Shown: positions 1 through 13,034, counted from the stretch's first letter. The stretch: DNA of 64,000 bases from Pavona decussata (GCA_977016875.1 CDRNST010000359.1:372001-436000); one strand, 5' to 3'. The notes: a model not told the origin generated them from the sequence alone. A program made the numbers and translations.

Positions 1-2493
1 ATGAGGGGCACGACTGGTATTTCTCAGATTTTCGTGTTCGGTCTAAAAGACGGTGTTATCTCTTACAGGCCGTCACTGTGTAAGTCTGACGTTGTCATTG
101 TTAAATCCTCCTAGCGTGCTCCAGAGTATCCACCATACGAACAGCCTTTGACAAGGCCAGTGAGAGTATCTTTTGAACCTGTGTACCATAGTCCAGTGAT
201 TGTTCAATTTATAGTGGTTTTTATATGGCATGGTTGAAGATATAACTTACTTACGAGTTCCACATGGATTGGGTTAAGCCACAGTACATGCATTGACAAT
301 GACAACGATTCTTTGCTGTTCATTCCTCGGTCTCCCTTCGTCGTTAAAGGTTTCTGACTGTTCCAGTTCACACGAAGGCCTTACTTCTCTCCGTGGTGAG
401 AGCATATAAAGACGAACGGAAGTTTCAATCGTAAATCATAATTCCTGGAATAAAGTCAAGTAATGCATAGCAGTGGATTTCTGTTTAAAAAAATAGGGAA
501 AGTCAGAGAAAGAAATAAAATGTTCTTTCATGCTCTCAGTTTCACTCAAATGAAAACACTTTACCTGCCCTAGCAACAACACTATTTCGTCCTGAATTTC
601 TTTATAGGCCCGATCTTTTGTGTCTTTATAGGTGCGAGCGAACGTCCTTTTTGCATTGATTAAGCGTAACACATTACAAATCTTGCGCATTTTTTGAGCT
701 TGATGCGCACGGAGAGGTGCCATGGTGAAAAAAAAACTTCACTCTCCTCCAAACGTTTTTTTTGAGGATAGTATTGAAATACTGCATTGAGGTTTCAAAA
801 GGTCTTGAATTGCTTACTTTCATTTCAGTTAATTTCGGCTTTATTTTGAGGAAAATAAAGGTTGTTGTTGTTGATGATGATGATGACAATTCGGTACAAT
901 CCCCAGGACGGGGGGGGGGATGGGGGGAGAGGAGGAAACATGATTTTCGTTTCAATCCGGCAATCAAATATACCTTGCAGATCTTGACTTGCCTCAATTT
1001 CTTCTTGTAATTTCAAAAATCATTTTCGCACTGTCATCACAAGGGCGAATCTTGACATTGTTTATTCCGGTGCTTTTCGCGCGCTTGTGTATCACATGTC
1101 ACTTGTCACGCAATGAAAGTTGTTGCATTGTTCAAAACTTTGAATCTCTAATATGCGGATTTTGAGACAATTTTCAGCCTTGCCTCGGGGATTTGATACC
1201 GCCAGATATAATGTGAGTAACGATTGCAGACAAATAAGAGCATTTATTTATATCTAGTTTCCAGTCGTGTTACATGTATCCGGTTGTGATTGAATGAGTC
1301 AAGTAGTCAGTAACAAATTATTATGTTCCACTATTCTTCAGTATTTTCAACAAACATACAAAAAATCAAAGCCTGATTGGCGAGTGCATTTATACAGATG
1401 GGCATAGAGAAGATTTTTTGTTTCTACTTTCTGATCATAAATGTATACAGAGGTAAAATAAGGGACGCGTTTCATCCATGTAGCAAGTCGAGAAACGGCT
1501 GATGTTTACATTTACGTCGGTGCGCGATTTTTTCAGTTTTTTCTTGTGGTGGACTTTATTCGGAATATTTTAGGCAAATTTGGTTTAGGTCACGTAAAAA
1601 GGGAGCATTTACACTTTCTAGCTTAACAATAACGGTAGTTTGGAAGTGTAGCATGATATGAGAGACAGGGTATTAATTTCACTGATTTCAAGTTATTTCC
1701 CTGCGAACGGCTCTTTCATCTCGCTTGAACGGCTCAATATAAACTCGAAAATTTTACCTGAAAGGAATCATTTGATAACCTAATGCTAATATGGGGAGCA
1801 CTCAAGTTTGAAGCTAGTTATTTACGTGTATAAAAGCATGAAATGAACACAGAGAGCTTGGCTTTTACCTAAAAGCTTCCGTGAAGTGTATTGATAAGTG
1901 CAAAGTAACAGGAGGAACATGAAGTACTAAACTGGCGAATTGTGTCAAAGTGCATTCCACACATCTCGACCTAGCGCGCTCGCTTTTCACGGGCCAAACT
2001 AAATATTTTAACATGATAAATAAGAAAATTGCCTGTTCAAAAGAGTGTTTTCATTACCAGTATATTTGTATACCCTTGATGATATGGTCATCTGAAATAT
2101 GGCAAAAATCACTCTATCTAAGGAATAGCAAACACTGTATTCTTTACGTGGGCAACTTTAAATGAAAGAATGTTCAGGTGGAGATAAAATATAGTTTAGA
2201 AGCAAGCACAAGGGATGTAAAAACGATTGTGAAAGTGTCAACTCGAGAAAAGGCTACCTTGTCTTGAACGAGAGTTTTAAAAATGTACTAATTTGCATAA
2301 TTTCAATCGGGCCATCTGTCGCGTTTTGGCCGATTTCGAACTTTCCCAATTTTTGCCAAAATAAAAATTCGCTGGAACTTTTGAATATTATTTTTGAAAA
2401 TAGTTCACCAAAAGGGTCTTTTGGGGCAAAAAAAAAAAAAATTCGAATTTTCGCTTCTGTCGCCGGATTCTCGAAAGTTACTGACAACCGCTC
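1..2493. mobile_element. Probable TTAA-targeting DNA transposon (Kolobok-like terminus); only one end lies in the window
   Basis: Sequence ends ...gttactgacaaccgctc|TTAA at 2493/2494, whereas the paralogous site at 5177 reads ggtga|TTAA. This marks an insertion or breakpoint at TTAA. The terminus reads GAG inward (purine-purine), typical of Kolobok. The other end is not seen. Confidence 0.4.
250..723 (-). pseudogene. Spliced, degenerate ORF of unknown function (first exon MAPLRAHQAQ...LLGQ)
   Basis: ATG in caccATGG context at 723, GT donor near 565, ttccAG acceptor near 445 followed by an in-frame TGA. No recognisable domain. Confidence 0.3.
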
Positions 2494-2946
2494 TTAAAAC
2501 TTGGTTTGTGAAACAGGCATGCTAAAAAAATCAATTACTGGAGATGGAATCGTGTTAGGGACTGCAGTTTTTGGTGATGGCAATGAAGATGGTTCAGGTT
2601 GTGGTGGTGGTGTGGTCTCGGGAGTTGATGGTACTGATGATTCTGGTATCAATGGATTTGATGCCGCTGTAGTATCTGCTGGTGATGGTAATGAAGATGG
2701 TGCAGGTAATTGTGGTTGTGGTGGTGGTGTGGTCTCAGGTGTTGATAGTATGGGGTGATTGTGCTGGTCCTGGCGATGACTGTGGTTGAAGTGGTGACTG
2801 TGGTGGAGTACTTGTTTCAATTTGTGATGGTGTTGGGGATGGTTGTGGTTCATGTGCCGCTGATGGTAGTGGCAGAGGTGGGCTGGTGTTTAACATCGTG
2901 TTGATAGCAGTAGATGTCTCTACAGCCCAGCACTCTTGAGGTTCAT
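2494..2946 (-). pseudogene. Pro/Ser/Thr-rich low-complexity terminal exon, copy A (frameshifted)
   Basis: tttacAG acceptor, then DEPQECWAVETSTAINTMLNTSPPLP..., a frameshift, and TPETTPPPQP repeats up to TAA at 2494. Confidence 0.5.
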
Positions 2947-3390
2947 CTGTAAATTTTATAGAGATTTGCTATAATCAGGAGTGTAAAATGTAATTAAAAT
3001 GTGTAACAGTTTCGATATTACACAAACTATGGAGAAATAATTTGCCATTCTATAGTTTTTGGTTGGTTTTGTAAAGTTGCGTTTGAGTTTGTATCAAAGA
3101 AACTACTCATATGCAATCTTCTGCCTTGTGTCAGATGGAATTTACATAGATGACTTACGCTTTACACACGTATCAATAACTGTCTTGTAATTGACCACTT
3201 ACCCACAGACAGATGCCATTGTAAATATTATTTAAAATTCGTGGAAATGTAAGCCCAGCCTTGTAGAAGCAATGCAGAAGGCTTTGATGTCATGGTCTTT
3301 AAGTGCGCAAGGTCACAGTTTTTCTTGGACACGCCATCTCATGCCGTGCCAGATACAACTTCCTGGTGTCTACTACGCTCTTTAGCTTAA

Positions 3391-4255
3391 CCGATTGATC
3401 ACCAATAGGCAAGCATGCGCGCGACCACCCAGGACCCCAGCCGTTTTTAATTATTAACCGTGTTATGCGAGAGTTAAATAAGATGGGGTTTCAAAGTAAA
3501 GTTTATTCAAAGCAGCATAGACTGAAAAAAAGAAAAAGAAAGGCCAAGATGGTGTAAAAAGCCAAACTGGAAATCAAACATTTAAGTTGCCGCACAAGAA
3601 AGTGTAAATGACGGAAGTTAAACAAAAGCCAAATTATGAATAATTAGGGGCCGAACAGAAGCAGTTGAGAAAACATTGAGTTCTTTTGCAGATCATGTCG
3701 TGGATTTCACAGCAGTAAAGGACTCAGGAAACGAAGAAGTTTGAACCAGATTAACCGCATGATAAACATTAAAACAATTCACTTGACATAAAGCTTCCCC
3801 GCACTGCAGGCATTGAAAACTAGTTTCTACAGCCCACCCCGAGGGAGTGTTAATTCCCACCACTTTGCAACGAACTCACTGCTTTCTCCTACCATTGACT
3901 TTCTCGCAGAAATGCTTACCTGCGTCGGTGAGATCGACCCCCCCCATGTTTTCATTGTAGAGGCCAATCACTGCTGGATTGGGGACCTGTTCATTGCATC
4001 TTTGAATGACAACATCTGGGGTATTCGGATTCAAATTTGTAGAAATGACGCTGACATCCTGTTTGTCGTGCCATTTTATGAAAACAATCTTAACTTTCAG
4101 GCGAATAGCCCTGTCTCCGGTATGCAATCTTTGCCGAGCACATGGCGGCAAGTCTTTGCGATTTACCTAAACGGTTGCACAAGCCTAAGTCTTTTGGACC
4201 CGTAAATGTTCTAGTAACCTAACTGAGCTAAAAAAAATTATCAAAGTAAACATTT
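3391..4255 (-). mobile_element. piggyBac 3' fragment, copy A
   Basis: TTAA-ccgattg terminus at 3387-3397, YNENMGGVDLTD motif, C-terminal Cys-rich domain; internal deletion. Confidence 0.85.
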
Positions 4256-4435
4256 ATCACCAAAGACGCTTATCAGGCTTGGTAAGTTACCGGGACTTTC
4301 CAGAAATGGGCCCCTGGCCTTTGCTTTTGTTGATTAACTGTGTAGTAATAGAACTTTGGTGTCAAAATGGTGAAGTTTTTTCAGTTCAGTTTGCTAAGTC
4401 AATGTTAATCTTTTATGTCCAATTGTGTCCTTCAG

Positions 4436-4842
4436 AAGATATCCATTGGAGATCCCTTGCTCATGAGCAAGCCGCTGCTGTTTTTCAAAATATCAGCCAT
4501 CAAAATCCATCTTGCCAGGCTAAGATGGTCAGCGCAGGAACAATTAAACATCTTGTCAAATTGTGCGACATGTTGAACACCAGTGGTTCCCACAGCAACT
4601 GTTGTCAGTCTGTGTATCAGTGCTCAAGAGAGGCAAATGCTCTTTTTCATGATTTAACCTTCCAGAAGAAACTTGTTGGAAAAGTGACGGAGATGTCTCT
4701 AACTACACTTCTTTTTAGAACTGTGTGACATCAGAAGCATATTTTGGAGTCTGGGTACATTCTGTGCAGCTGCGCTCAGGATTCTTGCTCATGGACATGG
4801 CAAAGTGAAGCTGTGTGATCCAGTAGAGTTGCCGTCAGATGA
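4436..4842 (+). pseudogene. Armadillo-repeat exon, copy A (truncated)
   Basis: ccttcAG acceptor, then EQAAAVFQNISHQNPSCQAKMVSAGTIKHLVKLC, which fits the ARM repeat consensus. Confidence 0.6.
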
Positions 4843-5176
4843 TACACTCTTACTCAATTTGTTTTACATATTACTTGAAAGATAATAAGAACCAAAAGGA
4901 AACGCACTTGTGAAATGGCTTTACTGTTCAAGAATACTGCATCACTGTAAGTAAGAGATCAGCCTACCATAAAATAATCTCTTGAGCCATAGACAGAGTA
5001 TTATTTTTGGTGTTCAATTAATACTTATTTTTTAACTAATGGAATTTGATGAAACTGGCCTTAAAACACTATGATTTAACTTGAATCTATGTGCTTCTTT
5101 GGAAAAAGTTTGTTCTCCAAAATAACTGTTCCGACTTTCTTGCAGTGGTTATTTTTTTTTTTTTATAAAATGGTGA

Positions 5177-5845
5177 TTAAAACTTGGTTTGTGAAACAGG
5201 CATGCTAAAAAAATCAATTACTGGAGATGGAATCGTGTTAGGGACTGAAGGTTTTGGTGATGGCAATGAAGATGGTTCAGGTTGTGGTGGTGGTGTGGTC
5301 TCGGGAGTTGATGGTACTGATGATTCTGGTATCAATGGATTTGATGCCGCTGTAGTATCTGCTGGTGATGGTAATGAAGATGGTGCAGGTTGTGGTGGTG
5401 GTGTGGTCTGGGGAGTTGATGGTACTGATGATTCTGGTATCAATGGATTTGATGCCGCTGTAGTATCTGCTGGTGATGGCAATGAAGATGGTTCAGGTTG
5501 TGGTGGTGGTGTGGTCTGGGGAGTTGATGGTACTGATGATTCTGGTATTAATGGATTTGATGCCGCTGTAGTATCTGCTGGTGATGGTAATGAAGATGGT
5601 GCAGGTAATTGTGGTTGTGGTGGTGGTGTGGTCTCAGGTGTTGATAGTATGGGGTGATTGTGCTGGTCCTGGCGATGACTGTGGTTGAAGTGGTGACTGT
5701 GGTGGAGTACTTGTTTCAATTTGTGATGGTGTTGGGGATGGTTGTGGTTCATGTGCCGCTGATGGTAGTAGCGGAGGTGGGCTGGTGTTAAACATCGTGT
5801 TGATAGCAGTAGATGTCTCTACAGCCCAGCACTCTTGAGGTTCAT
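5177..5845 (-). pseudogene. Pro/Ser/Thr-rich low-complexity terminal exon, copy B
   Basis: Same exon as copy A with two extra 36-aa repeat units (191 vs 119 aa in the ORF track). Confidence 0.5.
5257..5645. repeat. 108-bp coding minisatellite (3 full units + partial; 1 full + partial in copy A at about 2573-2745)
   Basis: Unit ggtgatggYaatgaagatggt...gtatctgct, translating on the minus strand to PADTTAASNPLIPESSVPSTPQTTPPPQPEPSSLPS. Confidence 0.9.
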
Positions 5846-6284
5846 CTGTAAATTTTATAGAGATTTGCTATAATCAGGAGTGTAAAATGTAATTAAAATG
5901 TGTAACAGTTTCGATATTACACAAACTATGGAGAAATAATTTGCCATTCTATAGTTTTTGGTTGGTTTTGTAAAGTTGTGTTTGAGTTTGTATCAAAAAA
6001 AACAACTCATATGCAATCTTCTGTCTTGTGTCAGATGGAATTTACATAGATGACTTACGCTTTACACACGTATCAATAACTGTCTTGTAATTGACCACTT
6101 ACCCACAGACAGACGTCATTGTAAATATTATTTAAAATGCGTGGAAATGTAAACCCAGCCTTGTAGAAGCAATGCAGAAGGCGTTGATGTCATTGTCTTA
6201 AAGTGGTCACAGTTTTTCTTGGACACGCCATCTCATGCCATGCCAGACACAACTTCCTGGTGTCTACTACGCTCTTTAGCTTAA

Positions 6285-7352
6285 CCGATTGATCACCAAT
6301 AGGCAAGCATGCGCGCGACCACCCAGGACTCCGGCCGTTTTTAATTATTAACCATGCAATGCGAGAGTTAAAGAAGATGGGGTTTCAAAGTAAAGTGTAT
6401 TCAAAGCAGCATAGACTGAAAAAAAGAAAAAGAAAGGCCAAAATGGTGTGAAAAGGCAAACTGGAAATCAAAAATTTAAGTTGCCGCACAACAAAGTGTA
6501 AATGACGGAAGTTAAACAAAAGCCAAATTATGAATAATTAGGGGCCGAACAGAAGCCGTTAAGAAAACATTGAGCTCTTTTACAGATCACGTTGTGGATT
6601 TCACAGCAGTTGAGGACTCAGGAAACGAAGAAGTTTGAACCAGATTAACCGCATGATAAACATTAAAACAATTCACTTGACATAAAGCTTCCCTGCACTG
6701 CCACATTGAAAACTAGTTTCTACAGCCCACCCCGAGGGAGTGTTAATCCCCACCACTTTGCAACGAACACACTGCTTTCTCCTACCATTGACTTTCTCGC
6801 AGAAATGCTTACCCGCGTTGCCCTCCTCAAAAAAAAGCTTCTCAATTTTCTGATGCTTAGATGATTCCTGCTTCAGTTTAGACCTCCCTGTCCCAGTACA
6901 TGTAAGAAAACGATTCTGTAAAATAAAAACATTACAAAAAGAAACATCTATGGCGTACCAAAACAAATACTTATACCACCTTTTACTGGAACGACCAACA
7001 GAATAGTAATTACCAAATTAGTCAGTGAGATCGACACCCCCCATGTTTTCATTGTAGAGACCAATCACTGCTAGATTGGGGACCTGTTGATTGCATCTTT
7101 GAATGACAACATCTGGGGAATTAGGATTCAAATTTGTAGAAATGACGCTGACATCCTGTTTGTCGTTCCATTTTATGAGAACAATCTTACCTTTCAGGTG
7201 AACAACCTTGTCTCTGGTATGCAATCTTTGCCGAGCACATGGCGGCAAGTCTTTGCAATTTACCTAAACCTTTGCACAAGCCTCAGTCTTATGGACCCGT
7301 AAATGGTCTAGAAACCTTACTGAGCTAAAAAAAAAGTTATCAAAATAAACAT
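6285..7352 (-). mobile_element. piggyBac 3' fragment, copy B
   Basis: YFDN, MGGVDLTD, KRWYKYLFWYAID and the Cys-rich tail (CVRC...C..C...LC..CF..YH). Confidence 0.88.
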
Positions 7353-7538
7353 AAAATTTTCACCAAAGACACTTATCAGGCTTGGTAAGTTACCGGGACT
7401 TTCGAGAAACGGGCCCTTGGCCTTTGCTTTTGTTGATTAACTGTGTAGTAGTAGAACTTTGGTGTCAAAATGGTGAAGTTTTTACAGTTCAGTTTGCTAA
7501 GTCAATGTTAATCTTTTATGTCCAATTGTGTCCTTCAG

Positions 7539-8156
7539 AAGATATCCATTGGAGATTCCTTGCTCATGAGGAAGCTGCTGCTGTTCTTCAAAATATCAGC
7601 CATCAAAATCCATCTCGCCAGGCTGAAATGGTCAGCGCATGAACAATTAAACATCTTGTCAAATTGTGCGACATGTTGAACACCAGTGGTTCCCACAGCA
7701 ACTGTTGTCAGTCTGTGTATCAGTGCTCAAGAGAGGCAAATGCTCTTTTTCATGACTTAACCTTCCAGAAGAAACTTGTTAGAAAAGTGATGGAGATGCC
7801 TCTAACTACTTTTCTTTTTAGGACTGTGTGACATCAGAAGCATACCTTGGAGTCTGGGTACATTCTGTGCAGCTGCGCTCAGGATTCTTGCTCATGGAGA
7901 TGGCAAAGTGAAGGCTAAGATCATTGGAAGGGGTGGACTCACGCCGCTTCTGAAGCTGTGTGATCCAGTAGAGTTGCCGTCAGATGAGATAGGTGATGCA
8001 TGAACAGAAAGGGGGAGGGTGCTCATTTGAATGTTGGATGTCAGTGTACTACAAAGAACACCAAATTTGTGCCATAGTGTGAATGTACTGAAGAATAATA
8101 TGAGAGTAAAGAATTCAAAGTACGAAGCTAAAGAAAGTGGCAAAATAATCAGATCG
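7539..8156 (+). pseudogene. Armadillo-repeat exon, copy B (stops and frameshift)
   Basis: Two ARM-like repeats: EEAAAVLQNISHQNPSRQAEMVSA*TIKHLVKLC and CAAALRILAHGDGKVKAKIIGRGGLTPLLKLC. AG acceptor at 7537-7538 and GTAAGG donor at 8157. Confidence 0.65.
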
Positions 8157-8360
8157 GTAAGGATAGTATACAATAATTATTTAAAATGCCTTTTTGCAGA
8201 TTAAATTTGTCAGGTGAATGAAACATTTTATCAGTGTCACAAACAAACTGTAAAATTTTTACATTCTTTATTCTTCTCCCTTGAGGTAGTTAGGTATTAG
8301 AGTTGCACCGCTGTAGTTTTCATTTAATATTCTTTTTTGTTGTTATTGCACTTAAATACC

Positions 8361-8460
8361 CTGGGGCCCGTTTCTCTTAAGTCCCAGTAACTTACCGGGC
8401 CCGATAAGTATATTTTTAAATGTCTTTCCATCGATTACATAGCGATTGCAGAAATGGTAC
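8361..8460 (+). mobile_element. Left end of a GGGCCC-terminal MITE with CWG target (Nuwa-type PHIS/Harbinger); matching right ends at about 4260-4313 and 7360-7416
   Basis: ctg|gggcccgtttctcttaagtcccagtaacttacc is the near-exact inverse of ggtaagttaccgggactttcgagaaacgggccc (followed by ctg in copy A, ttg in copy B). Confidence 0.65.
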
Positions 8461-11400
8461 TTGCAAGATGGTGCTTTCCATTGAAGATGATGGGATGCTG
8501 ACATTGGTAGTCGTTCTGTGACTGTGAAAGGTGGCCACCAACTCAACAGTCCATCTGCATCAAGAAATGGATTTAATGCGCGTAGGGGATCAGACAAGAG
8601 TAGCGGTTTCCCCTTCTTGAGTGTTTCCACTGTGTCTGGAAACATCTGGATTTGGGCTTGTTTTGACAAGTAGTTCTTTGCTTTGGCCAATTCGCTCACT
8701 GACAGTGGTGTGGAGCTGAATAGATGAGAACGATTGACGACTCGAAACACAGACTCACAAGATGCGTGTAGCTTGAGTATCTTTGAATGTCAATTACAGG
8801 CTTGATTGCAGTGGTAACGGCTTGGAGAGTGACTTCTTTTCTTTCCTTGAATTGCAAGGTTTCTTTCTTGATTCCATAGGAGTAGAGACTCTCCAGTGAG
8901 GGAGAAGGTGTAAACTTGGATGGCCAGTTTGAAGGATCTTCCTTATCCACTCAGGGCCATTCCACCAAAGCTTGTGGTTAAGGATTTCTCCTGGCAGGAT
9001 ACCACGCAATCCAGCATCAGCAGGGTTTTCTTCTCCATTAATGTGTTTCCACTTCGTAGGTGGAACGTGTTCTTGGATTCCTCCAATTCGGTTTGCTTCA
9101 AAGGTCTTGAAGCGCTGACTGCTTCTATGAATCCAGTAGAGAACAATGGTACTGTCGGTGAAGGCATGAAGATTGCAGGTTGGAACAGCCAGAATTCCTT
9201 GGAGATGCTTCATTGGTTGTGAGAGCAGAGGAGCTCCACAAAGTTCAAGACGAGGTAAGGAAACCTTCTTGAGTGGGGCAACGCGTGCTTTTGTCATGAC
9301 AAGTGATGTGTGGACTCCGCTGGCCGTGTCGAGACTTCTCAAATACACAACACCACAGTAGGCCTTCTCGCTGGCATCAGAGAAATGTCGACTGGTGAAT
9401 AACAGCGTGGAATGCGGATGTTGGAGATTGCAGGGAGTTGCGTTCTCCAATTTAGCCACTCTTGCTGAATGTCCGGTGGGAGGGGTTCATCCCAAGTGTT
9501 CCCTTTCTCCCAGAGTCGCTGGAAGATTATCTTGACAACAATAGTGACGCACGAGATAAGACCAAGAGGGTCAAAGATCTTTGGTGAATCTGACAATACA
9601 GTACGCTTGGTTAGCTGCGATTCTTGAACTGATATATTGGCGCATGAAAACAGGAAGTGGTCAGAAGCAGAGCTGTATTCCATTCCGAGAGGTTTGACAA
9701 AGTCATCAGAGTTCCCAAGGTTAGATGTGGTCTTCGTGGCAGGAAGTGGCAGTTCTAATTCATTTTTTCTGCAACATGACGCACTGAGTTGGTGGCTAGA
9801 AATGCAGCACTTGTCATTCCAAATGTGACCCTTGTCATTCGGTAGTCAGTTACCGGGTCAGTAGGTTTGTCTCGCCATAGGAAGCGATGATAGTCCCTAT
9901 CTTTTGATGCCGAGCTAATAGCACGGTACATCTTCGAGACGTCGGTTGTTAGCACATAAGGGTGTCTTCGGAAGCGAATTAGGACATCATTGAGCGGTGG
10001 GTGGACAGTTGGTCCCACAAGGAGTTGATCGTTAAACGACACGCCTGGTGTGGTTTTCATGGAGCCATCAAACACGACGCGCAGGGGCGTTGTAGCTGAA
10101 TATTTGTAAACAGCATGGTGAGCCAAGTAGAAAGCTTTTGAGGTTGGCTTGTTGAGGTCTTCATCTGGGACCTTTTCTGCATGATCAGATGTAAAGTACT
10201 CTGTCACGACTTTAGCATAATCAAATTGATTGGATCGTTGAAGACAACGTTCGAGGGACAAGAAGCGTCGTAAGGCTTGCGGTCCGGATTCTCCCAGGGA
10301 AGAGCATTGTGGCTTAAATGGAAGTCTGACTACAAAGCGACCAGTTTCATCACGCTTGTGGCGTTGGTTGAAGTCTTGTACCACTAGCTTGTCAAGTGTT
10401 GCTAGAGGCAAACTGGCTTTAGGTGGTTCCTCTAGAGTCCAAAATTTCTGAAGAGTTTCTTCGCAGCTTGGAAGTGAAGTCGATGCATGTAAGGTTATGC
10501 GGTTGTTGGCCACTAGTGCCTCCAAACAAAACCCAATCGAATATGGTTTCTTGAGCGGCTGGAGTTCCTATAGGCCAAAGGATAAGACCTGGCTTTAGGA
10601 TGTCATGGTAAATGTCAACACTAAGGAGAACATCAGTAGGTTTTGATACATTGAATTCGGGATCTACCAATTCAAGTGAGGATAGGTGTGGCCAGTAACC
10701 CGTTGGAAGGGACTTGAGGGGTAGATGCTTTGTCAATGGGTGTAAGACAATGGCTTGTACATTGTTCAGACATGATGTGTGCTGAGTGGATGTCAATTTA
10801 ATCTCAGCAACAGTGGTACTTTGGGTTGGGCACTGAGTTCCTCCAATTCCATTGATGCTGATTTCTTGTTTTTGCCCACGTAGCATGAGGTGCTGGACGG
10901 CTCGTTCCGTGACAAAGGAGGCTGTGGAAGCAGGATCTAGTAGAGCCCGTGCGATCATTTGATCTGCTTAGGAGCACCATTGCTGTCATCATGAGAACAG
11001 GGTTTGAAGTGGTGACTTCAGGGATGGTTGCATAAGTTGCAGAGGTGATAGTGCTGACAGCAGCAGTGTTGGTTGTCTGAGTGTTGGTGGTCATACCTGG
11101 GGCTGGCACCACAGAAACATTTTGTCTTGTTTCTTCCCCAGTCTGTTTTGCAGCGTAACTGCTCAGATGCAAGGAAGTGTGATGTCGTTTCCCGCATTTA
11201 AGGCAACAATTAGGTGAAGGGCAATGTTTCCCCATGTGTTTTCCTTTCAAACAGTTGAAACAGAGTCCTTGTTCCTGAACTAAGGTGCGTTTGTCTGCAA
11301 TTGACTTTTCTTTGAAGCTTGGACAATAAGCGATATTGTGTTTTGCACCATGACAGGCTGGGCATTTCTTTTGTGTGTTCGTAGAATACACTGCAACTGA

Positions 11401-12825
11401 CTTTGCTGGTTTCTTGGTGAGGCTTTGAACTTTCTTGTGGCCAGCATCAAAGGATGCCAGTTCAGTTGCTGTTGATCTTAAATCAAGAAATTCTAGAAAC
11501 TTGTGATAGTCTGGAACATCCTTGTCCAACTGCGTGAACTTTGGCCACTCTACCATGGTAAGAGGGTCTAGCTTTGATTCACCGAGAGCAGTTATGAATC
11601 GTTCAAAGCCAAGTTTATCCATTGCTTTAAGGGACCGGAGATGATGTTGAAGGGTGTCATGTAACTGCCTGAGTTCCATGCTTGATCCATTCTTGACAGG
11701 GCTGACATTGAGTAGTGGTCTAACATGAGCACGGTGGATGACTTGAGGCCTGTCGAAACGTGCCTTTAGGGCTGCAACGGCCTCTGGGTAGGCCTCTGCA
11801 ACTGCATCGATACCTTCAATGGCATCCTTGGCCTTCTGCGTTTTAAGCGATTTCAACAAATATTGCATCTGCAGTTGATCATCCAGTTTCTTGGAGTTGT
11901 GGATGGTTGCTTCGAATTGCTGCCAATACGATTTCCACTTTGTTAGTTCTCCATCAAAGGTTGGAATATTCAGTGAAGGTAATTTCACTGTCTTTGCTTC
12001 ATCATGATTTTGATGTGAATTGGTTTTAAATTCTTGTAACAACTTGCTCAGCTCTTCGCTGAGCGATTTTGTTCCCTTTCAATTTCTCGTTCTTTGTTCT
12101 TACTTGTTTCGTCACGGCGGCGTTGTGTGATCAATTGCGTTACTTGATCTTGGGTTGCTTTGATCTTGTCAAAGTAATCAGATATTGCGTCATTCCATTT
12201 ATGAGTCTTCCAACTCCGTGTAAAACGATTCGATTTCCGAAGTGAAACAATCGAGGCTCTTTTCCAGGTCAAAGAGGTGGGTTTTCATGTCCGCTAAATC
12301 ATCGATTTCAGCAAGGTTGTCTTGAACTGCTGAGGTTTTCGCAGCTAGGCTGTTTACCGCTTTGGTAATCCGATTCCATTTGAAATCTAGGGATTGCTTG
12401 CCTTTACTTTCCGTCGATTTCACATCTTGTGGCTTATTAGAAGCAAGGCTGAGAACGTACAACAGCTTGCTAATGTTGTCTTGTACACGGTCACTGTGAG
12501 TGTCTAGTTCTTCGAGGTCCTTTTTTCGATTAATTCTTCATTAGTTGGGTCAAGCAAAGCGCTTGCATCGATTTGCTGGCTTTGAAACGTGTTGTTCAAT
12601 TCCCGAATCTCATCCAAATACAGTCCAGCGCAGATTATGTCATACTTTGATTTTTCCTCTTTTTCGCAGAGTGGGTCTATCTTCTTGATAAGGTTTGTGA
12701 TCCGGCGCTTAGTAGTTGCTCGCTTCTGTGCGAGCGATTCCCGCGATTCAGCCGTTACGCGATCTGCACGAGGTAGTTCATGATTATCGAGGGCTGTATA
12801 TTTTTCTTGAGACTTGTCTTGCGTA

Positions 12826-12846
12826 GTATCCGGCTTCGAAGGACCA
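12826..12846 (-). promoter_or_regulatory. Primer-binding site (tRNA-Tyr-like)
   Basis: TGGTCCTTCGAAGCCGGATAC just inside the LTR, complementary to a tRNA-Tyr 3' end and typical of BEL/Pao. Confidence 0.8.
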
Positions 12847-12855
12847 GAAAAAAAG

Positions 12856-13034
12856 TGTAGGCTTTAACTGTTTATTTGTGTTGGAGTAAAACGTCTAAGA
12901 GACTAAAATGTTGCTTACAATAAACGAGTTGTGTTTCTTTGTGAAGACACGAGGGGAGGGAAGAAAAATTACACTACTGCGCATGAGCAGAGAAAACAAT
13001 AGAAACAAAAATACATTGTGACGTAGCGTGTCCA
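12856..13034 (-). repeat. 5' LTR of the BEL/Pao element (about 179 bp)
   Basis: TG...CA on the minus strand, AATAAA inside, abuts the interrupted P/S/T exon at 13035. Confidence 0.75.

Larger units (their letters stand above)
2494..4842. repeat. Segmental duplication copy A (P/S/T exon + piggyBac 3' end + MITE end + ARM exon)
   Basis: Near-identical to 5177-7988 and, in part, to 13035-13252/18474-21570. Carries its own deletions at about 3925 and 4810. Confidence 0.95.
5177..7988. repeat. Segmental duplication copy B
   Basis: Direct repeat of 2494-4842, starting at the same ttaaaacttggtttgtg sequence. Confidence 0.95.
8455..13034 (-). mobile_element. BEL/Pao LTR retrotransposon, 3'-truncated at the start of integrase, with many stops and frameshifts
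   Basis: Gag with three Cys/His knuckles ([41 protein letters not shown]), protease ALLDPAS, RT (LRVVFDGS, DVSKMY, RVTFG), RNase H ([19 protein letters not shown]), 5' LTR and PBS. Confidence 0.95.

Noticed and set aside
5184-5657. Gly-rich plus-strand ORFs (also 2501-2758) as genes, or the repeat as a CRISPR array
   Set aside because: They are the antisense of the P/S/T minisatellite exon. Units are contiguous with no unique spacers, and the context is eukaryotic.
12826-12846. tRNA gene
   Set aside because: Only the 3'-terminal ~18 nt match; this is the retrotransposon primer-binding site.
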